Part shown: piece by piece, positions 19,439 to 27,144 of the stretch | Numbering within the stretch: the first letter of the stretch is position 1 | Layout of the letters: each line of letters opens with the position of its first letter | Assembly (NCBI RefSeq): GCF_000011125.1 | Contig: NC_000854.2 | Span: forward strand, 630,001-662,000 | Direction of reading: 5' to 3' | DNA length: 32,000 nt | Origin: Aeropyrum pernix K1 | GTDB taxonomy: Archaea > Thermoproteota > Thermoprotei_A > Sulfolobales > Acidilobaceae | Notes under the pieces: model-generated | The model's database searches: none | Seen by the model: only the letters and a program-made list of their open reading frames with translations | Told to the model about the DNA's origin: nothing | Program-made: the position numbers and the translations under genes

Positions 19439-20541
19439 ATGGCGGAGGAGGCTGTCGACGCTAGGGGCGAGGGAGCTAGGTTCATAGAGAAGGTTAAATC
19501 GATATGCGGCAACACGTCCAGGATACTTTACAAGTACGATGAGCCGACGGACCCTAGATACGGCTACCTACCCCATGAGAGGCCGTTGGACGTGTATCTA
19601 AGGTATGGTATGATAGTTGTGGACAAGCCTCCAGGGCCTACGAGCCATGAGGTGGTGGCGTGGATCAAGAGGATGCTGGGAGTCTCCAGGGCGGGCCACG
19701 GGGGGACCCTAGAGCCCCTGCCAGCCCCCAGGGGGCTGCGGGGCGGGGATATCCTAAAGTGACTGGAGTGCTCCCCGTGGCCCTGGAGAGGATGACAAGG
19801 ATTATAGGGACGGTTATGCACAGCAGCAAGGAGTACGTTTGCGTGATGCAGCTCCATAGGCCTGTGGAGGAGGATAGGCTGAGGGAGGTCCTCAAGCTGT
19901 TCGAGGGGGAGATATACCAGAAGCCCCCTCTGAGGAGCAGTGTGAAGAGGGCGCTTAGGACGAGGAGGGTATTCAGGATAGAGCTTCTAGAGTACACGGG
20001 GAAGTATGCCCTGCTGAGGGTGGACTGCGAGGCGGGGACCTACATGAGGAAGCTCTGCTGGGACATAGGCTTGGTGCTGGGGGTCGGGGCCCATATGAGG
20101 GAGCTCAGGAGGATAAGGACAGGGCCCTTCAGCGAGGACAGCGGCCTCATGGTGAGGCTGGACGACGTGGCCTACGCGGTCATAAGGTGGCGGGAGGAGG
20201 GTAAGGACGACCTCCTCAGGAGGGTGGTTATACCCGGGGAGTATAGTGTGTGCCACATACCTAAGGTCCTCGTGAGGGACAGCGCGGTGGAGAGCCTGAC
20301 CCACGGAGCCCAGCTGGCGGCGCCGGGTGTGGCTGCGGTGGAGGAGGGGGTGGAGAAGGGGGGTATGGTGGCTTTGATGACGCTCAAGGGGGAGCTCATA
20401 GGGCTGGGTAAGGCACTCGCGAGCGCCCAGGAGATGCTGGAGGCTGAGAGGGGGATAGTGGTGAGCCCCACCAGGATTATAATGGAGAGGGGGCTCTACC
20501 CCAGGATGTGGAAGCGCCAGCAGGCCCCCCAGGGGGCCTAG
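19439..20541 (+). CDS. cbf5: tRNA/rRNA pseudouridine synthase Cbf5 (H/ACA RNP catalytic subunit); CDS = join(19439..19712,19751..20541), 354 aa after intron removal
   Basis: Exon 1 ends ...[32 protein letters not shown]. Exon 2 continues (D)[19 protein letters not shown]...[10 protein letters not shown]...[13 protein letters not shown], followed by a C-terminal PUA-like region. The two tracked ORFs (19439..19762, 19660..20541) are the two exons read in different frames. Confidence 0.9.
19713..19750 (+). other. 38-nt bulge-helix-bulge (hBHBh') intron in the cbf5 pre-mRNA
   Basis: Hand fold: outer helix 19703-19706:19752-19755; 3-nt bulge 19749-19751; central 4-bp helix 19707-19710:19745-19748; 3-nt bulge 19711-19713; inner helix 19714-19718:19740-19744; apical stem 19722-19727:19733-19738. 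Excision joins cta g|at cct to give Leu-Asp-Pro in frame. The boundary could equally be shifted by +1 nt with an identical product. Confidence 0.85.
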
Positions 20542-20564
20542 GCGGCTGGTGTGGGGTGCTCCTG

Positions 20565-21299
20565 TTGAGGAAGCCGGTTCACCTCGAGGCAGGGCCCGGC
20601 GACGTGGCACCACTCGTGGTGGCAGTCGGCGACCCGGGGAGGGCTGAGAGGCTGGCCACAGGCCTCCTCGAGGACGCTAGGCTGGTGTCCTCCGCCAGGG
20701 GTCTGAAGGTATACACGGGCAGCTTCAACGGCTCGGAGGTAACGATAGCCACCCACGGCATAGGAGGCCCCTCGGCGGCTGTAGTCTTCGAGGAGCTGAG
20801 GATGCTTGGGGCTGAGGTTCTGGTGAGGCTCGGCACCTCGGGCGGCCTATCCAAGGACCTCAGGCTGGGGGACGTGGTGGTCGCCGCGGGGGCGGGCTGC
20901 TACTGGGGCTCCGGGGGTAGCATCCAGTACGCGGGCGAGAGGCCCATGTGCCTCCCGGCCTCCCCCGACCCCATATTGACGGCGGGGATATACAGGGGCC
21001 TCTCCTCCAGGCTCGGGGATAGGGTGGTTCTAGCCCCCGTCATGTCGAGCGACGCCTTCTACGCCGAGACGCCCGAGGCTGCCGGGAGGTGGAGGAGCCT
21101 CGGCATGGCGGCTGTTGAGATGGAGCTCCACACCCTCTTCAGCATATCCTGGATACGGGGCTTCCGCTCGGCCGGGGTGCTCATAGTCTCCGACCTCCTC
21201 CTACCCGAGGGTTTCAAACGCATCACACCAGGGGAGCTTGCAAGGAGGGAGGTTGAGGTTGGCAGGGCTCTCCTCGAGGTCCTCACAGGAGGAGTCTAG
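20565..21299 (+). CDS. Nucleoside phosphorylase, PNP/UDP family 1 (purine nucleoside / MTA / uridine phosphorylase type)
   Basis: VVAVGDPGRAERLA...YTGSFNGSEVTIATHGIGGPSAAVVFEELRMLGAEVLVRLGTSGGL...GDVVVAAGA...AVEMELHTLF. The start is TTG 20565 (or GTG 20556), just after the cbf5 stop. Confidence 0.8.
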   Translation: MRKPVHLEAGPGDVAPLVVAVGDPGRAERLATGLLEDARLVSSARGLKVYTGSFNGSEVTIATHGIGGPSAAVVFEELRMLGAEVLVRLGTSGGLSKDLRLGDVVVAAGAGCYWGSGGSIQYAGERPMCLPASPDPILTAGIYRGLSSRLGDRVVLAPVMSSDAFYAETPEAAGRWRSLGMAAVEMELHTLFSISWIRGFRSAGVLIVSDLLLPEGFKRITPGELARREVEVGRALLEVLTGGV

Positions 21300-22134
21300 A
21301 CGCCCCCAGGCCCCCCTTAGTCTGGGCTGGCTCGGGTTCATAGGAGGCCTCCTCAAGGTGGTGTCGGCCCTCTACCTGGTGTTCATACTGGGCCTGTTCA
21401 GCAGCGTCAAGTCCGTCCTAGCCAGCGCGGAGAGGCTGGCCCTAGAGCTCGAGAGCCAGGGTGGCTTCGAAACCGGAGACGCTGCAGCCCTTGTGGCCTA
21501 CATCACCGGAGGGCTAAGGTCGATAATAGCCGAGAACGCCCTGGGCATAGGAGCGGCTCTCTTCCTCTGGATACTTGGCACCATACTATTCTCCCGGGAG
21601 TGGGAGAGGATAGCTGGCTACTGGCCCTCGATAGCCAGGAGGGCCTTCTCCATCTTCACCTGGCTCTCCAGGCTAGGGGCACTCGCCGCGGGGGTGGCGA
21701 CGGGACTCGTGCTCTCGAGGCTCTCGGGCGACATGTCCTCTATAGCGGCTGGGGTGAGGCTAAGCTATATTGTGGCGACGCTCTACCTCCTCCCCCTCCT
21801 CCCCCCGGTGGTCTACTCGCTCCTCTCCCTCAAGTACCCGCCCCCCAGCTCGAGGGCGGGCGTGCTGCTCCTCCTCGCGGGGGCTGTGCTCTACGTCTAC
21901 AGCATGTACAGCGTGATACAGGCCTTCAGACCCATCTCCGCCGTCGCCGGCCCCCTGGAGGAGGTCCTCAGGGGCGGGCTGAACCAGCATTCCGAGACGG
22001 AGCTGGTGAACGGGTTTATAGAGGCGCTGAGGATACTCATGGACAGGGTTAGGAACACGCTCGTAGCCCTGGCACTGGCCTCAGCCTTCTACACCCTAGG
22101 CTTCGCCGTCATCGGGTTTAGGAGGAGGTCCTAG
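21238..22134 (+). CDS. Polytopic membrane protein, unknown function
   Basis: 298-aa ORF with 6-7 hydrophobic segments. The start is one of TTG 21238/21253/21259, overlapping the upstream gene. Its 3' end overlaps the convergent glycerate kinase gene by 39 nt. Confidence 0.5.
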   Translation: MQGGRLRLAGLSSRSSQEESRRPQAPLSLGWLGFIGGLLKVVSALYLVFILGLFSSVKSVLASAERLALELESQGGFETGDAAALVAYITGGLRSIIAENALGIGAALFLWILGTILFSREWERIAGYWPSIARRAFSIFTWLSRLGALAAGVATGLVLSRLSGDMSSIAAGVRLSYIVATLYLLPLLPPVVYSLLSLKYPPPSSRAGVLLLLAGAVLYVYSMYSVIQAFRPISAVAGPLEEVLRGGLNQHSETELVNGFIEALRILMDRVRNTLVALALASAFYTLGFAVIGFRRRS

Positions 22135-23442
22135 CAGCACCACGACGACGCTGTTCAGGTTAGTGCCCGTGAGCCCCGTGGAGACGAGGCTGCCCGCGTA
22201 GGCGAAGGCCCTCTCGCTGTCGTTATCCGCCAGGAGCTGGTAGGGGTCGAGGCCTGCGTCCCTAAGTGCTACGGGGAGCCAGGGCCAGGCCACCGCCCCG
22301 GCCGCGTCGCTCCTACCGTCTATACCGTCAGTATCCATAGCGAGAATGGCGGCGGGGGCCTCCGGGCTCCAGTAGGCCATTGCCAGGCTCCAGGCCAGGG
22401 CGAGCTCCATGTTCCTCCCGCCCCTGCCTCCGCCCCTCACCGTGACGGTTGTCTCGCCTCCCGCCAGCAGGGCTGCGGGTGGCTTCACTGGCACACCCCT
22501 GTCAAGCGCCTCGAGGGCTATGCTCGCCAGGGCTCTCCCCACCTCCCTCGACTCCCCCTCCAGCCTGGAGGTTAGGACTAAGGTGTTGAACCCCCTCCCG
22601 CCTAGCCAGGCGGCGAGGTCCTCGAGGACGTCCATGTTAGAAGCCGCCAGGCGGTTCTCCGTGGTCGAGAGCCTCCTGTCACCGGGCTTAGGCGTCTCCT
22701 CAACCTCCCCCCGGGCACCGGCCTCGAGGAGGGCCACAACCCTCGGGGGCGCTGAGTCCCGGAGCCCGTACCTCTCGAGAACCGCGAGGGCGTCCCCGTA
22801 GGTGGTGGGGTCGGGGACCGTGGGGCCGGAGGCTATCATGTCAAGCCTGTCGCCGGGGACGTCGCTGGCGTACACCCCGAGGACCCTGGCTGGGTAGGCG
22901 GTTGCAGCCAGCCTCCCGCCCTTTATCCTTGATAGGTGCTTCCTCACGGTGTTGATCTCGTGTATCGAGGCGCCGGATTTCAGGAGGAGCATGTTAACCT
23001 CCCGCAGGTCCTCCAGGGCCAGCCCCTCCATGGGCACCTCGGCCAGGGCGCTACCGCCCCCCGAGACCAGGACAACCACGTTATCGCCTTCACCAGCGGA
23101 GCCGGCCCACTCCAGCAGCCTCCTGCCAGCCCGCAGGCTCCACTCGTCGGGCAGGGGGTGGCTGCCCTCCACCACCTCCAGACCCTCAACATTCCCCGTC
23201 ATGCCGCGGGGCTTGACAACCACTCCACCCTCGGGCTCGAGGCACTCCAGCGCCCCCCGGGCCATCTGGAGGGAGCCCTTCCCCAGGGCCAGCACCACAG
23301 CCCGGGAGCGGCACAGCCCCCTCTCCTCCAGGAGCCGCCTAACCCTCCAGTCCAGCCTGGAAGCCTCCAAAACCCTCCCAACAGCCTCCCTGAGGATGCT
23401 GACAAGCCTCCTCTGCCCCTCAGGGCCCGTGTCAATGGGCAA
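22096..23442 (-). CDS. Glycerate 2-kinase (DUF4147 + MOFRL domains; TtuD/hydroxypyruvate-reductase-like)
   Basis: VVLALGKGSLQMARGA, VVVLVSGGGSALAE, LLKSGASIHEINTVRKHLSRIKGGRLA and a C-terminal MOFRL-like GETTVTVRGGGRGGRNMELAL...DTDGIDG. TTG start preceded by a ggtgagg SD-like element. Confidence 0.85.
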   Translation of the reverse strand: MPIDTGPEGQRRLVSILREAVGRVLEASRLDWRVRRLLEERGLCRSRAVVLALGKGSLQMARGALECLEPEGGVVVKPRGMTGNVEGLEVVEGSHPLPDEWSLRAGRRLLEWAGSAGEGDNVVVLVSGGGSALAEVPMEGLALEDLREVNMLLLKSGASIHEINTVRKHLSRIKGGRLAATAYPARVLGVYASDVPGDRLDMIASGPTVPDPTTYGDALAVLERYGLRDSAPPRVVALLEAGARGEVEETPKPGDRRLSTTENRLAASNMDVLEDLAAWLGGRGFNTLVLTSRLEGESREVGRALASIALEALDRGVPVKPPAALLAGGETTVTVRGGGRGGRNMELALAWSLAMAYWSPEAPAAILAMDTDGIDGRSDAAGAVAWPWLPVALRDAGLDPYQLLADNDSERAFAYAGSLVSTGLTGTNLNSVVVVLLGPPPKPDDGEA

Positions 23443-23483
23443 AACGCCTCACCCAGATCTAACGTATGGTGTCTGGCCGGGAT

Positions 23484-23639
23484 TTAACCCGGGGGCCCGC
23501 TCTCGGCTATACTCTTGGACACGCGGGCCCCCATGAGGGGCAGAAATACTAAGCTGTATCTTTCTATACCGCGTGGAGCTATTAGATAGGCTGGTGTTGA
23601 ATGCCTATCTAAGCCATATCTCTTCGTTATGTAGCTCAT
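23484..23639 (-). CDS. Candidate leaderless small ORF (51 aa) upstream of glycerate kinase
   Basis: The ATG at 23639 lies about 25 nt downstream of the palindromic TATA cttataag (23661-23668). It encodes MSYITKRYGLDRHSTPAYLIAPRGIERYSLVFLPLMGARVSKSIAESGPPG, with no family recognised. The 3' third of the ORF contains two GC-rich hairpins. The longer tracked version (to 23780) runs through promoter-like AT-rich DNA. Confidence 0.25.
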   Translation of the reverse strand: MSYITKRYGLDRHSTPAYLIAPRGIERYSLVFLPLMGARVSKSIAESGPPG

Positions 23640-23657
23640 ATTGGGGAATCCCCAATA
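23639..23657. promoter_or_regulatory. 19-nt perfect palindrome TATTGGGGAATCCCCAATA between the TATA box and the small-ORF ATG (candidate operator)
   Basis: Read directly: 9 + 1 + 9 nt dyad symmetry, placed at the expected transcription start. Confidence 0.5.
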
Positions 23658-23660
23658 AAA

Positions 23661-23684
23661 CTTATAAGGCTTTAAGTTTATAAA
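23661..23684 (-). promoter_or_regulatory. Tandem TATA-like boxes (cttataag, tttataaa)
   Basis: Both are palindromic AT-rich octamers inside an AT-rich patch of otherwise G+C-rich DNA, 25 and about 42 nt upstream of ATG 23639. Confidence 0.45.
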
Positions 23685-23691
23685 CCTAGCC

Positions 23692-23755
23692 CGGTGACCC
23701 CGGGGTTCCCGAGGGAAGCCCCCAGGGGCTTCCGTAGGCAGCCCCGGGGAGACCG
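23692..23755. other. 64-nt imperfect rod-like inverted repeat / RNA hairpin just downstream of the LEA_2-like gene
   Basis: Hand pairing: 23692-23695:23752-23755; 23698-23705:23742-23749; 23709-23710:23737-23738; and an apical 8-bp stem 23714-23721:23726-23733 (ggaagccc/gggcttcc) with a 4-nt loop. Confidence 0.55.
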
Positions 23756-23786
23756 TGATGAACCCAGCCGTGCCCGACACAACCTG

Positions 23787-24347
23787 CTATAATTTGTTAC
23801 ATGAAGGCACGGTTTGGGTGAACGGTATTGGGCCTAGGTAGGGCTTCGCCTCCACCTCAACCTCCACCACCAGCTCCGCGCCCCCGATGACGGCGGCGAG
23901 AGCCCTGAGTATACCGACGCTCACATCCATGTAGACCGTGCTCGAGGATCCTGGGGCTAGGTACACCGGGGATTTTGAGGTGAGCACGGCAACCTCCTCC
24001 AACCCACTCCCGGAGGAGGCATAGACCCTTACCTCCAGCCGCTCGACACGGAAGCCGAAGCTAGTAGGGTTCTCTATGGAAGCCACAACGCTACCCCCTA
24101 TGGGGTCGATGTCCACTATTCTAACGACAATCTCGCCTGCCGCCCTAGAGGCGCTCCAGGACAGGTATGCATAGCCCGCCACAGCCCCTACCGCCGCGAG
24201 AGCCGCAAGGAGTGCCAACGCTGCTGCGCGCCGCGATACCAAACCCAGGACCCCCCCGGGGCCACATTGGGGGCTCGGGTTTTTAGGGCTGTCTCCCGGC
24301 CTGGCCTTGCTCCCCCCTCGAGCCACCCTCCTTGTACGCCCTGTCAA
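23787..24347 (-). CDS. N-terminally membrane-anchored LEA_2 / WHy (NDR1/HIN1-like) domain protein
   Basis: TM LALLAALAAVGAVAGYAYL, then ...VASIENPTSFGFRVERLEVRVYASSG...PVYLAPGSSSTVYMDVSV, which fits the LEA_2 beta-sandwich pattern. The start is TTG 24347 or, avoiding overlap with the upstream gene, TTG 24242. Confidence 0.5.
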   Translation of the reverse strand: MTGRTRRVARGGSKARPGDSPKNPSPQCGPGGVLGLVSRRAAALALLAALAAVGAVAGYAYLSWSASRAAGEIVVRIVDIDPIGGSVVASIENPTSFGFRVERLEVRVYASSGSGLEEVAVLTSKSPVYLAPGSSSTVYMDVSVGILRALAAVIGGAELVVEVEVEAKPYLGPIPFTQTVPSCNKL

Positions 24348-25455
24348 GTAGTGCTGCGGCTATGGCTAGGAGGAGCGTGGTTTTCACGTAGGTCGCTATG
24401 GTTGGGGGGGCCAGCGGGTCTAGGGGGTTTGGCGTGGTATGCCACGTGAGTATGACGGCCGTGGCTGCAGTGTCCTGGGCTAGGAGTATGGGGTAGAGGC
24501 TCGGGGTGAAGAGGGGGGTTGAGAGGGCTAGTAGGGCTGGGAGGAGGTTCATCTGGGGTGTGTAGACGTAGGTGCCCAGCAGGTAGGCTGAGAGCGTTAC
24601 AAACGCCGCTGTAACGGGGTCCAGCCTGAGGAGCCTGGATGCGGCTAGAGCCGCCAGGACGGCGAGGGCCGCGAGGGCCTGGGCCACCCTCCTAAGCTCC
24701 TCGCTGAAGGGGTCGCCGAACACGAGGAGCCAGCTACCCTCGATATACCAGCCGGCGTGGTGCCTGTAGAACGCCTCTATAAACCCCGGCGCCAAGGCCT
24801 CCACGGCGAGGAAGGAGGCGGCTGTGACTGCAAAGGCTGTGGCCGCCGCCTTAACCCCCCTCCTCCCGGCCACCACTGGCAGGGGGGCGGCGGCGAGGAG
24901 GGGGAGGAGCTTCGCCGCGCCCCCCAGGCCCAGCAGAAGCCCGGCGGCGGTGACTCGGCCCCGCCTGAACATGTAGAGGCCCCAGAGCATTGGTGCAGCG
25001 GCCAGCAGGTCCCAGTTGTAGACCGAGTACACCGCCATGCTGGGGAGGAGGGCGGCGGCCAAAGCCCTCTTAACCCCTGCGAGCCTCCTGACAGCCTCCA
25101 CCGAGAGGAGTCCCATAGCCGCCGCGGCCAGGGCCTGGACAATGTAGTGGCTCTCAAGCCCCGTGAGCCCTGGGATGCGGGTGTTCACCGAGAGGAGCCA
25201 GAGCAGGCCCACGAGGGGAGGGTACTCCAGGTGGAAGTCCCTATACGGCAGCAGCGTCCCCCCGCCCTCCAGGGGGGCTACCCTTGAGAGGTAGAGGTGG
25301 ACCACGTCCGAGTAGATGGGGGACTCGAGGCCCGGGTGGTGGACCGCCACAGCAAGCCCCAGCATAGCCAGGGCTGCGGCGAGGTGGATGTTGCACGCTG
25401 CCAGCGAGTAGAGTCTGCTTGTCAGCGGAGCCGCCGCACCCCCCAAGACTCTCAC
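24283..25455 (-). CDS. GT-C fold integral-membrane glycosyltransferase (DUF2029 / GPI-mannosyltransferase-like)
   Basis: 390 aa, polytopic, GTG start. The first-loop motif YSDVVHLYLSRV...LLPYRDFHLEYPPLVGLLW is characteristic of GT-C mannosyltransferase-like families. Confidence 0.65.
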   Translation of the reverse strand: MRVLGGAAAPLTSRLYSLAACNIHLAAALAMLGLAVAVHHPGLESPIYSDVVHLYLSRVAPLEGGGTLLPYRDFHLEYPPLVGLLWLLSVNTRIPGLTGLESHYIVQALAAAAMGLLSVEAVRRLAGVKRALAAALLPSMAVYSVYNWDLLAAAPMLWGLYMFRRGRVTAAGLLLGLGGAAKLLPLLAAAPLPVVAGRRGVKAAATAFAVTAASFLAVEALAPGFIEAFYRHHAGWYIEGSWLLVFGDPFSEELRRVAQALAALAVLAALAASRLLRLDPVTAAFVTLSAYLLGTYVYTPQMNLLPALLALSTPLFTPSLYPILLAQDTAATAVILTWHTTPNPLDPLAPPTIATYVKTTLLLAIAAALLDRAYKEGGSRGEQGQAGRQP

Positions 25456-25463
25456 CCGCGCCG

Positions 25464-27098
25464 CTAGCGTACCAGCCTCATCCTGAGGTCCTCAACCTCC
25501 TCCTCAAGCCTCTCCATATTCGCCTCCAGCTGCTCCCAGAGTATGCTGCGGGGCGGGGCCCGCGGAGGCGGTGTAGGGGAGAGGGAGTAGAGCTGCCTCT
25601 CACTCCTCCCCACCTCCACCACCGCCAGCGGCGGCCTCCCCCTCTCAATATCCCCCATTATCCTCTTGAACAGGCTGGCCTCGGGCATGTAGAGCGCCTC
25701 CAGGGGTCTCGACTCCCACCTCAGGCTGCCGTAGTGAACAACCTTAAGGAGGCTCCTGGAGGCCTCGCGGAAGAGGGCTCCCCAGCCCGCCCTCCTAGCT
25801 AAGGATTCTAGGATGTAGAGGAGCCTCCTCCCCCTGACACCAGCCCCCGATAGGGAGCTGCGGAAGTGGTGGGTTAGCCTCGGCCACTCCGGCCCCCGGG
25901 TGACTGTCCTGACAGCGGCCTCAACAGCCGTCCAGGCGGTGTCCCAGGAGGCCCTGTCGGGGGTGTCCCTAGGGGTGTGGTAGGCCTCCTGGACGCCGGG
26001 ACACCATAGGCTGTGGAGGGATAGGGTAGGTATGCCGGCCCAGGCCATCATTATGCTGTCGCACTCCGGGCACTCGCAGCACCTCTCAACAGCCCCCGCC
26101 TCCAGGGCGTGGCCCACCAGCTGGGGGGCCCCGCTGGCCACGAGGCACCTGTAGCCGGCGACGTCGAAGTTCACATAAGCCTCCACCTCCTCCGCCGCCC
26201 CGCTCTCCCGGAGGAGGCCTGCGTAGCTCCTGCTCCCCGCAGCCCAGTACCACGACGCCATCCCCGGCATCCCATGCTCCTCGGCCCCGAACACCACAAC
26301 ACCAGCCGCCAAGCCCCTCCCCCTAAGCCTCCCTGCAGTCTCCACCGCCTGTGCCACCCCGAGGATGTTGTCGGTGAACCCGGTGTACCAGTGGTCGAGG
26401 TGGGCCCCTGCCAGCACCACCCCTCCCCGCCCCCCGTCCACAGCAACCACGTTATAGTCCCTCCTCCTCTCGACACAAGCGTCAACCCAAACCCTCACAA
26501 CCCCCGCCTCCTCCGCCCGGCGGGAGTAGCCTAGGGGGACCACCGCCACGGGTATGGGTGTGGGGCTCCCCGCGGAGACGCTATACCCCCAGTCACCCCC
26601 CGTCACTATAACCCTGGGGTCCCTAGACTCTACCAGGAGAGCCTCAGCCCCCGCCTCCGCGGCGAGGAGGGCGGCGGCCTTAAGATCGTCCACAACACCC
26701 GGCGCCCTAGCAACGACAACACGCCCCCCAGCATCCACCCCCCTCCAGCTGGAGGCGTGGCTCGGATCACCCTCAAGAACCAGGGGCCTCCCCTCAACAT
26801 CACCCCCCAGAACATAAGGGCCCACAGAGTGCCAGGAAGCCGCGGGGTCGAGGCCCGAGGACCTCAGCACCCACGCGTCAACCCAGAACTCGTGGAGCCT
26901 CGAAGACACGCCCAGAGACTCCTCCAGAAAAGCCCTCACAACCTCCACAGCACCCCGAGAACCCCCAGCCCGGACCCCCAGCCACCCTGAAGCACCCTTC
27001 AACGCAGAGTAGAGCCTCAACGCATCACCAGCAAGCCCACCCCAACCACCAGCCAAACCCGAGGACCCCCCGGCTAGGAGCAGGGGCGGGGGGCTCAT
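25464..27098 (-). CDS. M28-family metallopeptidase with PA (protease-associated) domain
   Basis: The PA-like segment is GRVVVARAPGVVDDLKAAALLAAEAGAEALLVES. The M28 metal ligand pattern is LAGAHLDHW...FTDNILGVA...VVVFGAEEHG...YHTPRD. I chose the start at Met 27098 to avoid overlap with the divergent gene. Confidence 0.7.
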   Translation of the reverse strand: MSPPPLLLAGGSSGLAGGWGGLAGDALRLYSALKGASGWLGVRAGGSRGAVEVVRAFLEESLGVSSRLHEFWVDAWVLRSSGLDPAASWHSVGPYVLGGDVEGRPLVLEGDPSHASSWRGVDAGGRVVVARAPGVVDDLKAAALLAAEAGAEALLVESRDPRVIVTGGDWGYSVSAGSPTPIPVAVVPLGYSRRAEEAGVVRVWVDACVERRRDYNVVAVDGGRGGVVLAGAHLDHWYTGFTDNILGVAQAVETAGRLRGRGLAAGVVVFGAEEHGMPGMASWYWAAGSRSYAGLLRESGAAEEVEAYVNFDVAGYRCLVASGAPQLVGHALEAGAVERCCECPECDSIMMAWAGIPTLSLHSLWCPGVQEAYHTPRDTPDRASWDTAWTAVEAAVRTVTRGPEWPRLTHHFRSSLSGAGVRGRRLLYILESLARRAGWGALFREASRSLLKVVHYGSLRWESRPLEALYMPEASLFKRIMGDIERGRPPLAVVEVGRSERQLYSLSPTPPPRAPPRSILWEQLEANMERLEEEVEDLRMRLVR

Positions 27099-27144
27099 AT
27101 AAAACAGCCCCTCATGCCACACCACCAGCCCCGGGGGGAGGTGT

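Noticed and set aside
19439-20541. Cbf5 as a frameshifted pseudogene, or as two separate genes, as the ORF track suggests
   Set aside because: The 38 nt between the conserved GHGGTL and (D)PKVTGVLP blocks fold into a canonical bulge-helix-bulge motif. Their precise removal restores frame and the catalytic Asp. Both exons are otherwise intact.
23467-23492. tRNA 3'-half-like sequence on the minus strand (ccggg-ttaaat-cccgg followed by ccagacacca), a possible att-site remnant
   Set aside because: The T-loop has 6 nt and lacks the invariant C56. There is no complementary 5' acceptor strand, D-arm or anticodon arm, and no integrase nearby. At most it is a heavily degraded fragment, which cannot be supported.
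23754-23760. C-box-like GTGATGA next to the rod hairpin
   Set aside because: No D box (CTGA) lies within the appropriate 45-60 nt downstream on the plus strand. The downstream sequence runs into the 3' end of the LEA_2-like gene, which lies on the minus strand.
23443-23786. SRP (7S) RNA or RNase P RNA gene in the long structured spacer
   Set aside because: I could not find the helix-8 GGAA/AGCA-type motifs of SRP RNA or the GAGGAAAGUCC CR-I motif of RNase P on either strand. The centre of the region is AT-rich with TATA-like boxes, unlike structural RNAs of hyperthermophiles.
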